Positions 22,167 to 30,206 of a DNA stretch of 64,000 bases are shown piece by piece. The position numbers and the translations under genes were made by a program. Numbering within the stretch: the first letter of the stretch is position 1; each line of letters opens with the position of its first letter. Under the pieces are notes generated by a model. The model searched no databases. It was given only the letters and a program-made list of their open reading frames with translations, and was not told the origin of the DNA. Origin of the DNA: Polyangiales bacterium (lineage in GTDB: Bacteria > Myxococcota_A > Polyangia > Polyangiales > Polyangiaceae); contig JBBRLQ010000026.1 of NCBI GenBank assembly GCA_038231275.1, positions 47,926 to 111,925 of the forward strand. Direction: 5' to 3'.

Positions 22167-22843
22167 GCGAGGACGAGCGCGTTCGTCGCGCGTACGCCGA
22201 GGGGCGCGTTCGGTTCTTGGATCTCGATCTGGAGATCGCGCCGGGCGCGCTCGTCCCTCGTCGAGAGACGGAGCTCCTCGCGCGCACGGCGATCGGTCTC
22301 CTCGCGGCCCTGCCAGGCGACCTTCGCGTGGTGGACATGTGCTGCGGCTCCGGAAACCTCGCGTGCGCCATCGCGTCCTTCATCCCGCAATCGCACGTGT
22401 GGGCGAGCGATCTGACGGACGGTTGCGTGGCGGTCACGAGGAGGAACGTCGCGCGCCTGGACCTCGGCGCGCGGGTGACGGTCACGCAAGGCGATCTGTT
22501 CGCCGCCCTCGCCGGCTCGGGCCTCGAGGCTGCGGTCGACGTCGTCGTCTGCAACCCGCCGTACATCTCGACCGGCCGCCTCGAGAAGGAGCGCAAGGAA
22601 CTGCTCGATCACGAGCCGCGCGAAGCGTTCGACGGGGGCCCCTACGGCCTCACGATTCACCAGCGCGTCGTCCGAGAGGCGCCCCCGTTCCTGCGCGCGG
22701 GGGGGTCGCTCCTCTTCGAGATCGGGCTTGGGCAGGAGCGTCAGGTCGACGTCCTCTTTCGTCGCGCGACCTCGTACACTGCCACCGTGCACGAAAAGGA
22801 CGCCGACGGTCACGTGCGCGTCGTGATGGCAAAGAAGGTCTGA
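22163..22843 (+). CDS. HemK/PrmC-like SAM N-methyltransferase lacking the N-terminal domain
   Basis: LVPRRETELL, DMCCGSG, NPPY and EP..AFDGG. GTGA overlap with the ligase. Confidence 0.85.
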   Translation: MSEDERVRRAYAEGRVRFLDLDLEIAPGALVPRRETELLARTAIGLLAALPGDLRVVDMCCGSGNLACAIASFIPQSHVWASDLTDGCVAVTRRNVARLDLGARVTVTQGDLFAALAGSGLEAAVDVVVCNPPYISTGRLEKERKELLDHEPREAFDGGPYGLTIHQRVVREAPPFLRAGGSLLFEIGLGQERQVDVLFRRATSYTATVHEKDADGHVRVVMAKKV

Positions 22844-22846
22844 CGA

Positions 22847-23089
22847 ATGGAAATCAAGGAGCAGGTCCGTCAGTTCATCGTCAGCAACTTCTACGTCGCG
22901 GACCCCGTTGCGGTCGGAGACGAGACGTCGCTCCTCGACCAGGGCATCATCGACTCGACCGGCGTCCTCGAGGTCATCAGCTTCCTCGAGTCGACGTTCG
23001 GCATCGTGGTCGCCGACGAGGAGATGCTCCCCGACAACCTCGACACGATCGGGCGCATCGCCGCGTTCGTCGGCAAGAAAAGGGCATGA
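22847..23089 (+). CDS. Acyl carrier protein 1
   Basis: 80 aa, acidic, GIIDSTG phosphopantetheine motif. Confidence 0.9.
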   Translation: MEIKEQVRQFIVSNFYVADPVAVGDETSLLDQGIIDSTGVLEVISFLESTFGIVVADEEMLPDNLDTIGRIAAFVGKKRA

Positions 23090-23362
23090 GGACGACGGCG
23101 CGCGCGGGTTGATCCGCCGCCTGAGCCGTCGCGCCTGAACGCGCGGAGAAGGCTCGGAAAACCGACACGCCTCGATGCGAGAGCTCCGCCTTGCACGGCG
23201 GCGGCCCGCGTGGCAGTACCCGCGCGCGCAAGAGCCAAAGTGGGGGTGCGTTGCGCGCCGGCGAGGGCGACGCCATGGGGTCGTTTGTCCCGCCATTACT
23301 GAACGCATTTCTAGTACGCGGACCACGGCCGTTCGGTCGAAGAGCCCGGCGGTTCGAGGGCG

Positions 23363-23472
23363 GAAAAGACCGCGAAAAGACGGCCTCGAACGCCTGATTT
23401 ACCGATAATTTCCGGCGCGTTGGCCCGGAGAAGAAAAGGCAACTTTTCGAGGGCGATTTTTATCGCCTGATT
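23363..23472. promoter_or_regulatory. Candidate regulator-binding repeats upstream of the priming glycosyltransferase
   Basis: GAAAAGAC direct repeat at 23363 and 23374, palindrome GAAAAG-GCAA-CTTTTC at 23433-23448, and CGCCTGATT at 23391 and 23464. Confidence 0.45.
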
Positions 23473-23591
23473 CAGCGTACTTAGGCCCAATGTGGACGAC
23501 GCTCGCGAAATGTAGGTTGCACGGTGCGGGCGCGGCGCATACGAGGAACAGTCGCGGTTTCACTACCCCTCACTCTCTTCCGAGCACCACC

Positions 23592-24977
23592 ATGATCACC
23601 CCCCGATTGAACAACCTGGCGCCTGGTCTGACCTCGAAGGTCAACCTTGCGGCGGATTGTGCGGCGCTGGCGGTGGCGGGGGGGCTCGCGTGCGTGGGGT
23701 CCTGGTCGGAGCCGGCGCTGGTCGCTTCGGCGACGATCGTGGGCTGGGTCCTCGCGGCCCGCGTCCTTCGCCAGTACGACATCTGGCACAAGCAGGGCGT
23801 CGTCGGCGAGCTCGCCCTCACGACCGTGATGGTCCTCGGGACGGTCATCGAGCTGTTCCTCCTGCGCCTCGTCCTTCCGGCGCACGTGATGCCGAACCTC
23901 TCGCTCGGCAAGTACGTCGACGTCGCGCTCCCAGCTCTCGTTCTGCTTCGCCTCTTCATGGTCGCCGTCCGCTCGGTGCGTGAGCAGGCAAAGCACGACG
24001 TCCTCGTCGTCGGCGCCGGCGCGCTGGGGCGCGTCACGGCGGAGGATCTCCTCGCCGATCGCGCGCAGCCGAAGCAGATCGTGGGGTTCCTCCGCTTCCG
24101 TGACGACGCGACGGTCCCGCGCATTCCCGGCCCGCTGCTCGGAGACGTGAGCGAGCTCGACTCGGTGCTCAAGACGCACCCGGTGAGCGAGGTCTACATC
24201 GCCGGCAACATGGTCAAGAACGCCGAGACGATGCAGGCCGTCATCCGCGTCTGCGAGAAGTTCGGCGTGCCGTTCGCGCTGCCTGCGGCGGGCTTCCGCT
24301 TCGGCCGCGCCCGCGCCGTCAACGCCAAGGCCATCCAGGATGGCTACATCCACTACCAGGCGTTCGAGGCGAAGCCGGTGCAGGTCGCCCTCAAGCGCGC
24401 CTTCGACGTCGCGCTCTCGGCGATCGCGCTCTGGCTCCTCTCGCCCGTTCTGATCGCCACCGCGATCGCCGTCAAGCTCTCGTCGAAGGGGCCCGTCCTC
24501 TTCAAGCAGCCGCGCGTCGGCATGCACGGTCGCCCGTTCAACATGCTGAAGTTCCGGTCGATGGTCGTGAACGCCGAGGCGCTCAAAGAGCAGCTGATGG
24601 CGCAGAACGAGCAGAGCGGCCCGGTCTTCAAGATGAAGTCGGATCCGCGCGTCACCGCCGTCGGCCGCTTCATCCGCAAGTACTCGATCGACGAGCTCCC
24701 GCAGCTGATCAACATCCTCCGCGGCGAGATGGCCATCGTCGGCCCGCGCCCGCCGGTCCCCAAGGAGGTCGCGCTGTACGAGCCGTGGCAGCGCCGCCGC
24801 CTCAGCGTCCGTCCGGGACTCACGTGCGTGTGGCAGGTCAGCGGCCGCAACGAGATCAGCTTCGAGCAGTGGATGTACTTGGACATGCAGTACATCGACA
24901 ACTGGAGCCTCGGTCAGGACCTGGGCCTCATCCTGAAGACTGTGCCCGTCGTCCTGACCGGCCGCGGCGCTTCCTGA
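23592..24977 (+). CDS. Priming polyprenyl glycosylphosphotransferase (WcaJ/EpsZ-like)
   Basis: N-terminal TM helices, Rossmann-like VVGAG, KRAFD, KFRSM, DPRVT, SIDELPQL and GPRP. Confidence 0.93.
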   Translation: MITPRLNNLAPGLTSKVNLAADCAALAVAGGLACVGSWSEPALVASATIVGWVLAARVLRQYDIWHKQGVVGELALTTVMVLGTVIELFLLRLVLPAHVMPNLSLGKYVDVALPALVLLRLFMVAVRSVREQAKHDVLVVGAGALGRVTAEDLLADRAQPKQIVGFLRFRDDATVPRIPGPLLGDVSELDSVLKTHPVSEVYIAGNMVKNAETMQAVIRVCEKFGVPFALPAAGFRFGRARAVNAKAIQDGYIHYQAFEAKPVQVALKRAFDVALSAIALWLLSPVLIATAIAVKLSSKGPVLFKQPRVGMHGRPFNMLKFRSMVVNAEALKEQLMAQNEQSGPVFKMKSDPRVTAVGRFIRKYSIDELPQLINILRGEMAIVGPRPPVPKEVALYEPWQRRRLSVRPGLTCVWQVSGRNEISFEQWMYLDMQYIDNWSLGQDLGLILKTVPVVLTGRGAS

Positions 24978-25064
24978 CGCGTCCTGCCGGCCCATACGCC
25001 CCTACAAGACGTCATCCGTTTGGGGCGATGACTTGGCCGCAGCGACGGTTACACTAGGCATCCG

Positions 25065-25493
25065 ATGGCGACCGCCCGCCGCTCGAGCACCAAGCTCAAG
25101 GCCGCTTCTGCAAAGAAGCGCATCCTCCTCGTGGAGGACGAGCCGACGTTGCGCCAAAGCGTGAAAAATCACCTGGTCCGCAGAGGGTTCGACGTCGACG
25201 CGACCAGCGACTCGGAGTCGGGGATCCGCGCGGTGAAGGGCCACCTGCCGGATCTCGTCTTCGTCGATCTGCAGCTGCCACGGGAGTCGGGGTACGAGGT
25301 CTGCGAGATCCTGCGCAATGAGCTGCGGCTCAAGGAGCTGCCGATCGTCCTCATGGGGGAGACCAACTCTCCCGAGGCGCGGGCGTTCGCTGAAGAGGCC
25401 GGCGCGGATCGCTACTTGAACAAGCCCTTCACCTTGCGCCAGCTCGACGCGCTCGTGGACGCGCTCCTCCGGGCCGAGGCGCGCAAGGCGTGA
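25065..25493 (+). CDS. Single-domain response regulator (EpsW-like by context)
   Basis: LLVEDE, DLVFVDLQLP and KPF. No output domain. Confidence 0.88.
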   Translation: MATARRSSTKLKAASAKKRILLVEDEPTLRQSVKNHLVRRGFDVDATSDSESGIRAVKGHLPDLVFVDLQLPRESGYEVCEILRNELRLKELPIVLMGETNSPEARAFAEEAGADRYLNKPFTLRQLDALVDALLRAEARKA

Positions 25494-25999
25494 TCGTCGC
25501 CCGCTTCCGGCTCCGCGCGTGCGCGTCGGTCGGCGAGGCGCCGCGCGTGCTCGGCCGGATCTGGGTGCACGGCGACGGGGCGATCCGGATCGGCCATCGG
25601 GTCGTCCTCGACGCGCGCATCGCGCCGATCGAGTTGCACGCCACGAGCGCAGGCGCCGAGCTGGTCCTCGGGGACGACGTCGTCATTGGCCCGGGGACGT
25701 CGATCGAGGCGGAGCAGTCGGTCCGTATCGGCGCCCGTGTGCGCATCGGCGCGTTCTGCCGCGTGATGGACAGCCACTTCCACCCCCTCCGCGGCGATCG
25801 CGAGAGACGGCCACGCCCGATGCCGGTGATCGTGGAGGAGGACGTCGAGATGGGGGACCGGTCGATCCTCGTCGCCGGAAGCCACCTCGAGCATCACGTC
25901 GTCGTCGCGCCCGGCACCGTCGTGACCCGCCGCGTGCGTGCGGGGTGCACGGTGCGTGGGGCGCCGTTCCAGGTGGTCGCCGTGGGGGCGGCGCGGTGA
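25490..25999 (+). CDS. Hexapeptide-repeat (LbH) acyltransferase 1
   Basis: IG-x4 hexapeptide repeats, DSHFH and PVIVEEDV. Confidence 0.8.
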   Translation: MIVARFRLRACASVGEAPRVLGRIWVHGDGAIRIGHRVVLDARIAPIELHATSAGAELVLGDDVVIGPGTSIEAEQSVRIGARVRIGAFCRVMDSHFHPLRGDRERRPRPMPVIVEEDVEMGDRSILVAGSHLEHHVVVAPGTVVTRRVRAGCTVRGAPFQVVAVGAAR

Positions 26000-26577
26000 C
26001 CGACGAGCCGCTCACCGATCGCGCGTTCGCCCGCCTCGCGGAGACGGTTCGGCGCCCACGGGTCGCGCGCGAGGTGCTCGACGGGACGATCGCGCTCGCC
26101 CGGGCGCGATTTCTCTTCCGCGGGTGCCACCTCGGGCGGCGCGTGCGTGCGTTCGGCCCGGTACGCGTCGTCGCGCACGGCCGCATCGCGCTCGACGATT
26201 TCGCGTTCTTCCTCCGCGGGATGATCCCCTCCGAGATCGTCTGCCACGAGGGGGCCGAGATCGTGGTCGGGGAGCGCTCCGGCTTCAACTACGGCGTATC
26301 GCTCGAGGCGCGCGCGCGCCTGACGCTCGGCAAGCGCTGCCTCGTCGCGGCGATGGTGCGCATCGGCGATACGCGCGGCGGCAAATCCGCGCCCATCACG
26401 ATCGGGGATGACGTATGGATCGCCCACGGCGCCATCGTCGAACCCGGCGTCACGATCGGGGATCGCTCGGTCGTCGCAGCAGGGAGCGTGGTGGTGAGCG
26501 ACGTGCCGGCCGATCGAATGGCCATCGGCAACCCCGCGCGCGCGGTGCCGCTCGAAGCGCGCAAGACCACCACCTGA
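25996..26577 (+). CDS. Hexapeptide-repeat (LbH) acyltransferase 2
   Basis: PITIGDDVWI, GVTIGDRSVVAAGSVV and GNPAR. Confidence 0.85.
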   Translation: MTDEPLTDRAFARLAETVRRPRVAREVLDGTIALARARFLFRGCHLGRRVRAFGPVRVVAHGRIALDDFAFFLRGMIPSEIVCHEGAEIVVGERSGFNYGVSLEARARLTLGKRCLVAAMVRIGDTRGGKSAPITIGDDVWIAHGAIVEPGVTIGDRSVVAAGSVVVSDVPADRMAIGNPARAVPLEARKTTT

Positions 26578-26588
26578 AGACGTGTCGC

Positions 26589-27344
26589 TCAGGAGCGGCG
26601 CGACGCGTAGGCGCGCCAGTACGGCGACGCCTTGAGCAACTCGAGGTGAGGCGACGCATCGAGCAGCTTCAGCGTCTCGCCGGGGGGCTTTCGGTAGAGC
26701 AGAATCACCTTGCGTGGATGCGCGGCGATCGACGCCTCCACGTGGCGGATCGCGCGCGCCGCGATTTCATCGGGGAACGGCGCGTTCATGAAGAAGAGCG
26801 CGGGGCGCGGCGCGATCGCGTGGCGCATGAAGTCGTCGCACACCCACTCCACGCGGAGGTCACGGCCCGTCGCGCGCTCGAAGATGGCGAGGTTCTTCTT
26901 TCCTGCCTCCACGAGGGGTGGCGAAAATTCGACCCCCACGAGCTCGCGGAATGGGTAGTCGCTCGCCAGCATCAGCGCGAGGCCCTTCCCTGCCCCGACG
27001 TCGACGAAGCCGTAGTCCTCGAAGCGAATCGGCAGCGCGCGCAGCATCTCGTGGAAGAAGTCGGGGTTGACCGGGCCGTACATCCACGTCCCGAACGTCG
27101 GATCGAAGCCGCCCGTGATCTCCAGGTCGGAGAGGTGCAAACGCTCGTAGGTGTCGGTGCCGTACTTGCGGTCGAAGGCGCGCGTCCGGTAATCCGTGTA
27201 GCGGCCCATCCACTCCTGGAGCCGGCCAACCGCGTGCCGGCCGACGCCGACCCGTCCGGAGACCTTGTGGAGCACGCTGAGCGCACCCCCAAAGTGGGAC
27301 GTCGAGTCCAAGAGCCCGCGCGCGCGGAGGAGTAGGGTCTTCAT
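26589..27344 (-). CDS. Class I SAM-dependent methyltransferase
   Basis: FVDVGAGKG, GVEFS and FFMNAPF. Confidence 0.8.
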   Translation of the reverse strand: MKTLLLRARGLLDSTSHFGGALSVLHKVSGRVGVGRHAVGRLQEWMGRYTDYRTRAFDRKYGTDTYERLHLSDLEITGGFDPTFGTWMYGPVNPDFFHEMLRALPIRFEDYGFVDVGAGKGLALMLASDYPFRELVGVEFSPPLVEAGKKNLAIFERATGRDLRVEWVCDDFMRHAIAPRPALFFMNAPFPDEIAARAIRHVEASIAAHPRKVILLYRKPPGETLKLLDASPHLELLKASPYWRAYASRRS

Positions 27345-27347
27345 CGG

Positions 27348-28271
27348 ATGGGAACGGAGTCTCTCACGAGGGCGCCGCGGCGCAACCGGCTCGGACGCGC
27401 CGCGCTCGTCGCGCTCGCGATCTTCGTGGTGGGGTGCGCGGCGCAGGCGGTTCGCGTGGCGCGGCGGACGATCGCCTCGTGCCACCCGGCGCGTGCCCGC
27501 CTCCGCGCCGAAGATCACGCCGCCGCGCGCGACGCGTTCCCGTCGTTGGAGGAGGTCTCGTTCCGCACGAAGGACGGAATCACGCTGCGCGGTTGGCGGA
27601 TCCCGTCGAAGAACCGCGCGGCCGTGATCCTCGTACACGGCGGTGGCGGCAACCGAGCGCACTGGATGCCGGAGCTCCGCGCCCTCGCGGACCGCGGCTA
27701 CGGCGCCCTCGCCTATGACTCGCGCGCGTGCGGAGAGAGCGACGGTGATCTCGTCACCGCAGGCGATCGGGAGCGGGCCGACGTCGTCGCGGCGCTCGAC
27801 CTCGTCACGACAAGTGCCGACGTGGATCCGGCGCGCGTCGGCCTCGTCGGTTTCTCGTACGGAGCGTCGGCCGTGCTCCTCGTCGCCGCGACCGACACAC
27901 GCGCGCGCGCGGTCCTGGTGGGCGCATCGTGGACGTCACTCGAGGACGAGCTTACGAAGAAAAGCGGAAAATTCCAGCCGATCGCGAACGTCGCGAGCCT
28001 CTGGGCGATGCGCCACGAAGGCGTGCGCGTCGACGACGTCCGCCCGATCGATCACGTCGCCGAGATCTCGCCTAGACCGCTCTTCCTCGTGACGGGCGAC
28101 CTCGACACCGACACGCCCGTCGCTGTCGTGCGGGCGCTGCTCGACGCCGCTCGTATGCCCAAAGAGCTCTGGATCGTCCCCGGCGCGGGCCACGGAGACT
28201 ACGCGGCGGTGTCGCCGGCGGAGGTTCCCCGCCGCTTCGTGGCGTTCTTCGACGGCGCGCTCCTGCGGTAG
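27348..28271 (+). CDS. Alpha/beta hydrolase with N-terminal membrane anchor or signal
   Basis: LVHG, GFSYG nucleophile motif, GDLD and GAGH. Confidence 0.85.
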   Translation: MGTESLTRAPRRNRLGRAALVALAIFVVGCAAQAVRVARRTIASCHPARARLRAEDHAAARDAFPSLEEVSFRTKDGITLRGWRIPSKNRAAVILVHGGGGNRAHWMPELRALADRGYGALAYDSRACGESDGDLVTAGDRERADVVAALDLVTTSADVDPARVGLVGFSYGASAVLLVAATDTRARAVLVGASWTSLEDELTKKSGKFQPIANVASLWAMRHEGVRVDDVRPIDHVAEISPRPLFLVTGDLDTDTPVAVVRALLDAARMPKELWIVPGAGHGDYAAVSPAEVPRRFVAFFDGALLR

Positions 28272-28281
28272 GGCGCGGGGT

Positions 28282-29100
28282 ATGCTCGGCACGATGGGAA
28301 TCGACGTGTCGGTGGTGGTCCCGACGTTCCGCCGTCCGGAGTTGCTCCGAGAGGCGCTTGCCACCGCGCTGGCGCAGGAGGGCGTGTCGCTCGAGATCAT
28401 CGTGGTGGACGACAGCCCCGAGGGCTCCGCCGAAGCGGCGGTCGAGCAGCTCGGCGACGCGCGGGTGCGGTACGTGAAGATGGAGACGCCGAGCGGCGGA
28501 TGGCCGGGCCGCGTACGCAACGTCGGATGGCCGCTGACCACCGGGCGCCTCGTTCATTTCCTCGACGACGACGATCGCCTGGAGCCGGGGCATTACGCGG
28601 CGATGAAGCGCGCCTTCGACGAGCACCCCACACTTGGCGTCGTCTTCAGCCGTCTCGAGCCGTTCGGCGACGAGGGCGTGATGGGCCACGAGCGCGGTTA
28701 CTTCCGGCGCGCCGCCGAGACCGCCGCAAAGAGCGCGCGGTTCGGGTCGAGGCTCGGCTACCTCGCGCGCATCCTCTTCGAGCCCACCATGATCGTCTGC
28801 GGCGTGAGCACGGTGCGGCGCGATTGCCTCGCGCGCGCGAACGGCTTCGATCCGCGCATCCGCGTCGGGGAGGACATCGACCTCATGCTCCGCATCATCC
28901 GAGAGAGCGGCGCCATGTACGTCGATCGCATCGCGATCCACTACCGCGTCGACGGCACGTCGATGGCCCACTCCGAGCAAGCGAAGACAGACATCCGCGA
29001 GACGTATCGCCTCATGCACCGGCGGTACCGGGACACCCACGGCCGCCTCGAATTCTTCACGCTCAAAGTGCTAGCCAAGAGCCTCTTCAAGGTGATCTGA
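28282..29100 (+). CDS. GT2 glycosyltransferase
   Basis: VSVVVPTF, VVDD, RNVG, FLDDDD and GED. Confidence 0.9.
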   Translation: MLGTMGIDVSVVVPTFRRPELLREALATALAQEGVSLEIIVVDDSPEGSAEAAVEQLGDARVRYVKMETPSGGWPGRVRNVGWPLTTGRLVHFLDDDDRLEPGHYAAMKRAFDEHPTLGVVFSRLEPFGDEGVMGHERGYFRRAAETAAKSARFGSRLGYLARILFEPTMIVCGVSTVRRDCLARANGFDPRIRVGEDIDLMLRIIRESGAMYVDRIAIHYRVDGTSMAHSEQAKTDIRETYRLMHRRYRDTHGRLEFFTLKVLAKSLFKVI

Positions 29101-29126
29101 TAGTGGAGCGAAGCGCAGCGGAGGGT

Positions 29127-30197
29127 ATGCTGTCCCGCGTCATGAGAGCAGCCCAGGCCGCCACACAGACGTGGTCGCTGGTGATCGCAACCTACAAGCG
29201 CGAGGACGTCCTTCGTCGATGCTTGAAGCTGGCGGCCGAGCAGACGCGGCCGCCGATCGAGATCGTCGTCGTCGACTCGAGCCCCGGATGGGAGGCGTCG
29301 CGCGACTGGGTGATGGCCAACCTCGCGCCGAAGTACCCGGCCATCGCCTGGCGCTATGCGGAGGCCGAGGTGCGATCGTCGGGCGCGCAGAGAAACCAGG
29401 GCGCGCGCCTCGCCGTCGGCGACGTCCTCTTCCTGATCGACGACGACTCGCTCATGTACGCCGACTGCGCGGAGCGGATCATGGAGGTGTACGACGCCGA
29501 TCCCGAGCGCGCGATCGTCGGCGTCAACGCGATCCACGTCCCCACGCCTCCCGACGATCCGTCGGAAGTACCCGATCCAGAGTATGGCACCACCAAACAC
29601 TACGGCCCCGTCGCGCGCGCGGTTCGACGGCTGCTCGACGCCGACAACGTCTTCGTCCCGTACGACGACGACTGGCCGCGTACCCCCATCCCGGCGGCGG
29701 TCCTTCGCCTCCGCGTGAGCCGCTGGCCGAACGCCGCCGGTTGGGGGATGACGTTCCGCCGCGCGGTCTTCTTGAAGGAGCCGTTCGACGAGATCCTCGC
29801 GGCGTACTCCGCGACCGAAGACTCGGACATGAGCTACCGCGCGAGCCGTCACGGCGCGTTCGTCGGGTGCGACGACGCGCGCCTCTGCCACATCGGCTCG
29901 CGCGGCGGTCGGCTCGGCGTCCTGACGGTCTCGAGCTTGAAGGGGCTCAACTCGCTCGTCCTGCATCGCATCAACACCACCGACGTCGAGCGCGGCCGGC
30001 GCTTGTGCCGAAGGCTCCTCGTGCGCCGCGCGATGATCGCGCTCGCCAAGGACATCAACAAGCGACGCATCGACGCGCCCGAAGCGCGCGGGTGGCTGCA
30101 CGCGGTGAAGATGGTCGACGCCATCTTCGACAAGACGCCGGAGGAGCTGCGGCGCTGGTATCCCGGCTACCAGAGAGAGCTCCTCGGCGGCTCGTGA
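29127..30197 (+). CDS. GT2 glycosyltransferase
   Basis: SLVIATYKR, VVDSS, RNQG, LIDDD and TEDSD. Confidence 0.88.
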   Translation: MLSRVMRAAQAATQTWSLVIATYKREDVLRRCLKLAAEQTRPPIEIVVVDSSPGWEASRDWVMANLAPKYPAIAWRYAEAEVRSSGAQRNQGARLAVGDVLFLIDDDSLMYADCAERIMEVYDADPERAIVGVNAIHVPTPPDDPSEVPDPEYGTTKHYGPVARAVRRLLDADNVFVPYDDDWPRTPIPAAVLRLRVSRWPNAAGWGMTFRRAVFLKEPFDEILAAYSATEDSDMSYRASRHGAFVGCDDARLCHIGSRGGRLGVLTVSSLKGLNSLVLHRINTTDVERGRRLCRRLLVRRAMIALAKDINKRRIDAPEARGWLHAVKMVDAIFDKTPEELRRWYPGYQRELLGGS

Positions 30198-30206
30198 GGC
30201 GGCGCC

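Noticed and set aside
17646..23089. Lasso peptide or NRPS cluster suggested by AsnB and the AMP-ligase
   Set aside because: AsnB has an intact N-terminal Cys glutaminase domain. No precursor, B protein or condensation domain is visible.
23211..23225. Sigma-54 promoter (TGGCA...GC at GG-N10-GC spacing)
   Set aside because: The -12 element reads CGCGC rather than TTGC, which is likely by chance in GC-rich DNA.
25011..25032. GTCATC-N10-GATGAC inverted repeat as a terminator
   Set aside because: Short stem and no U-tract.
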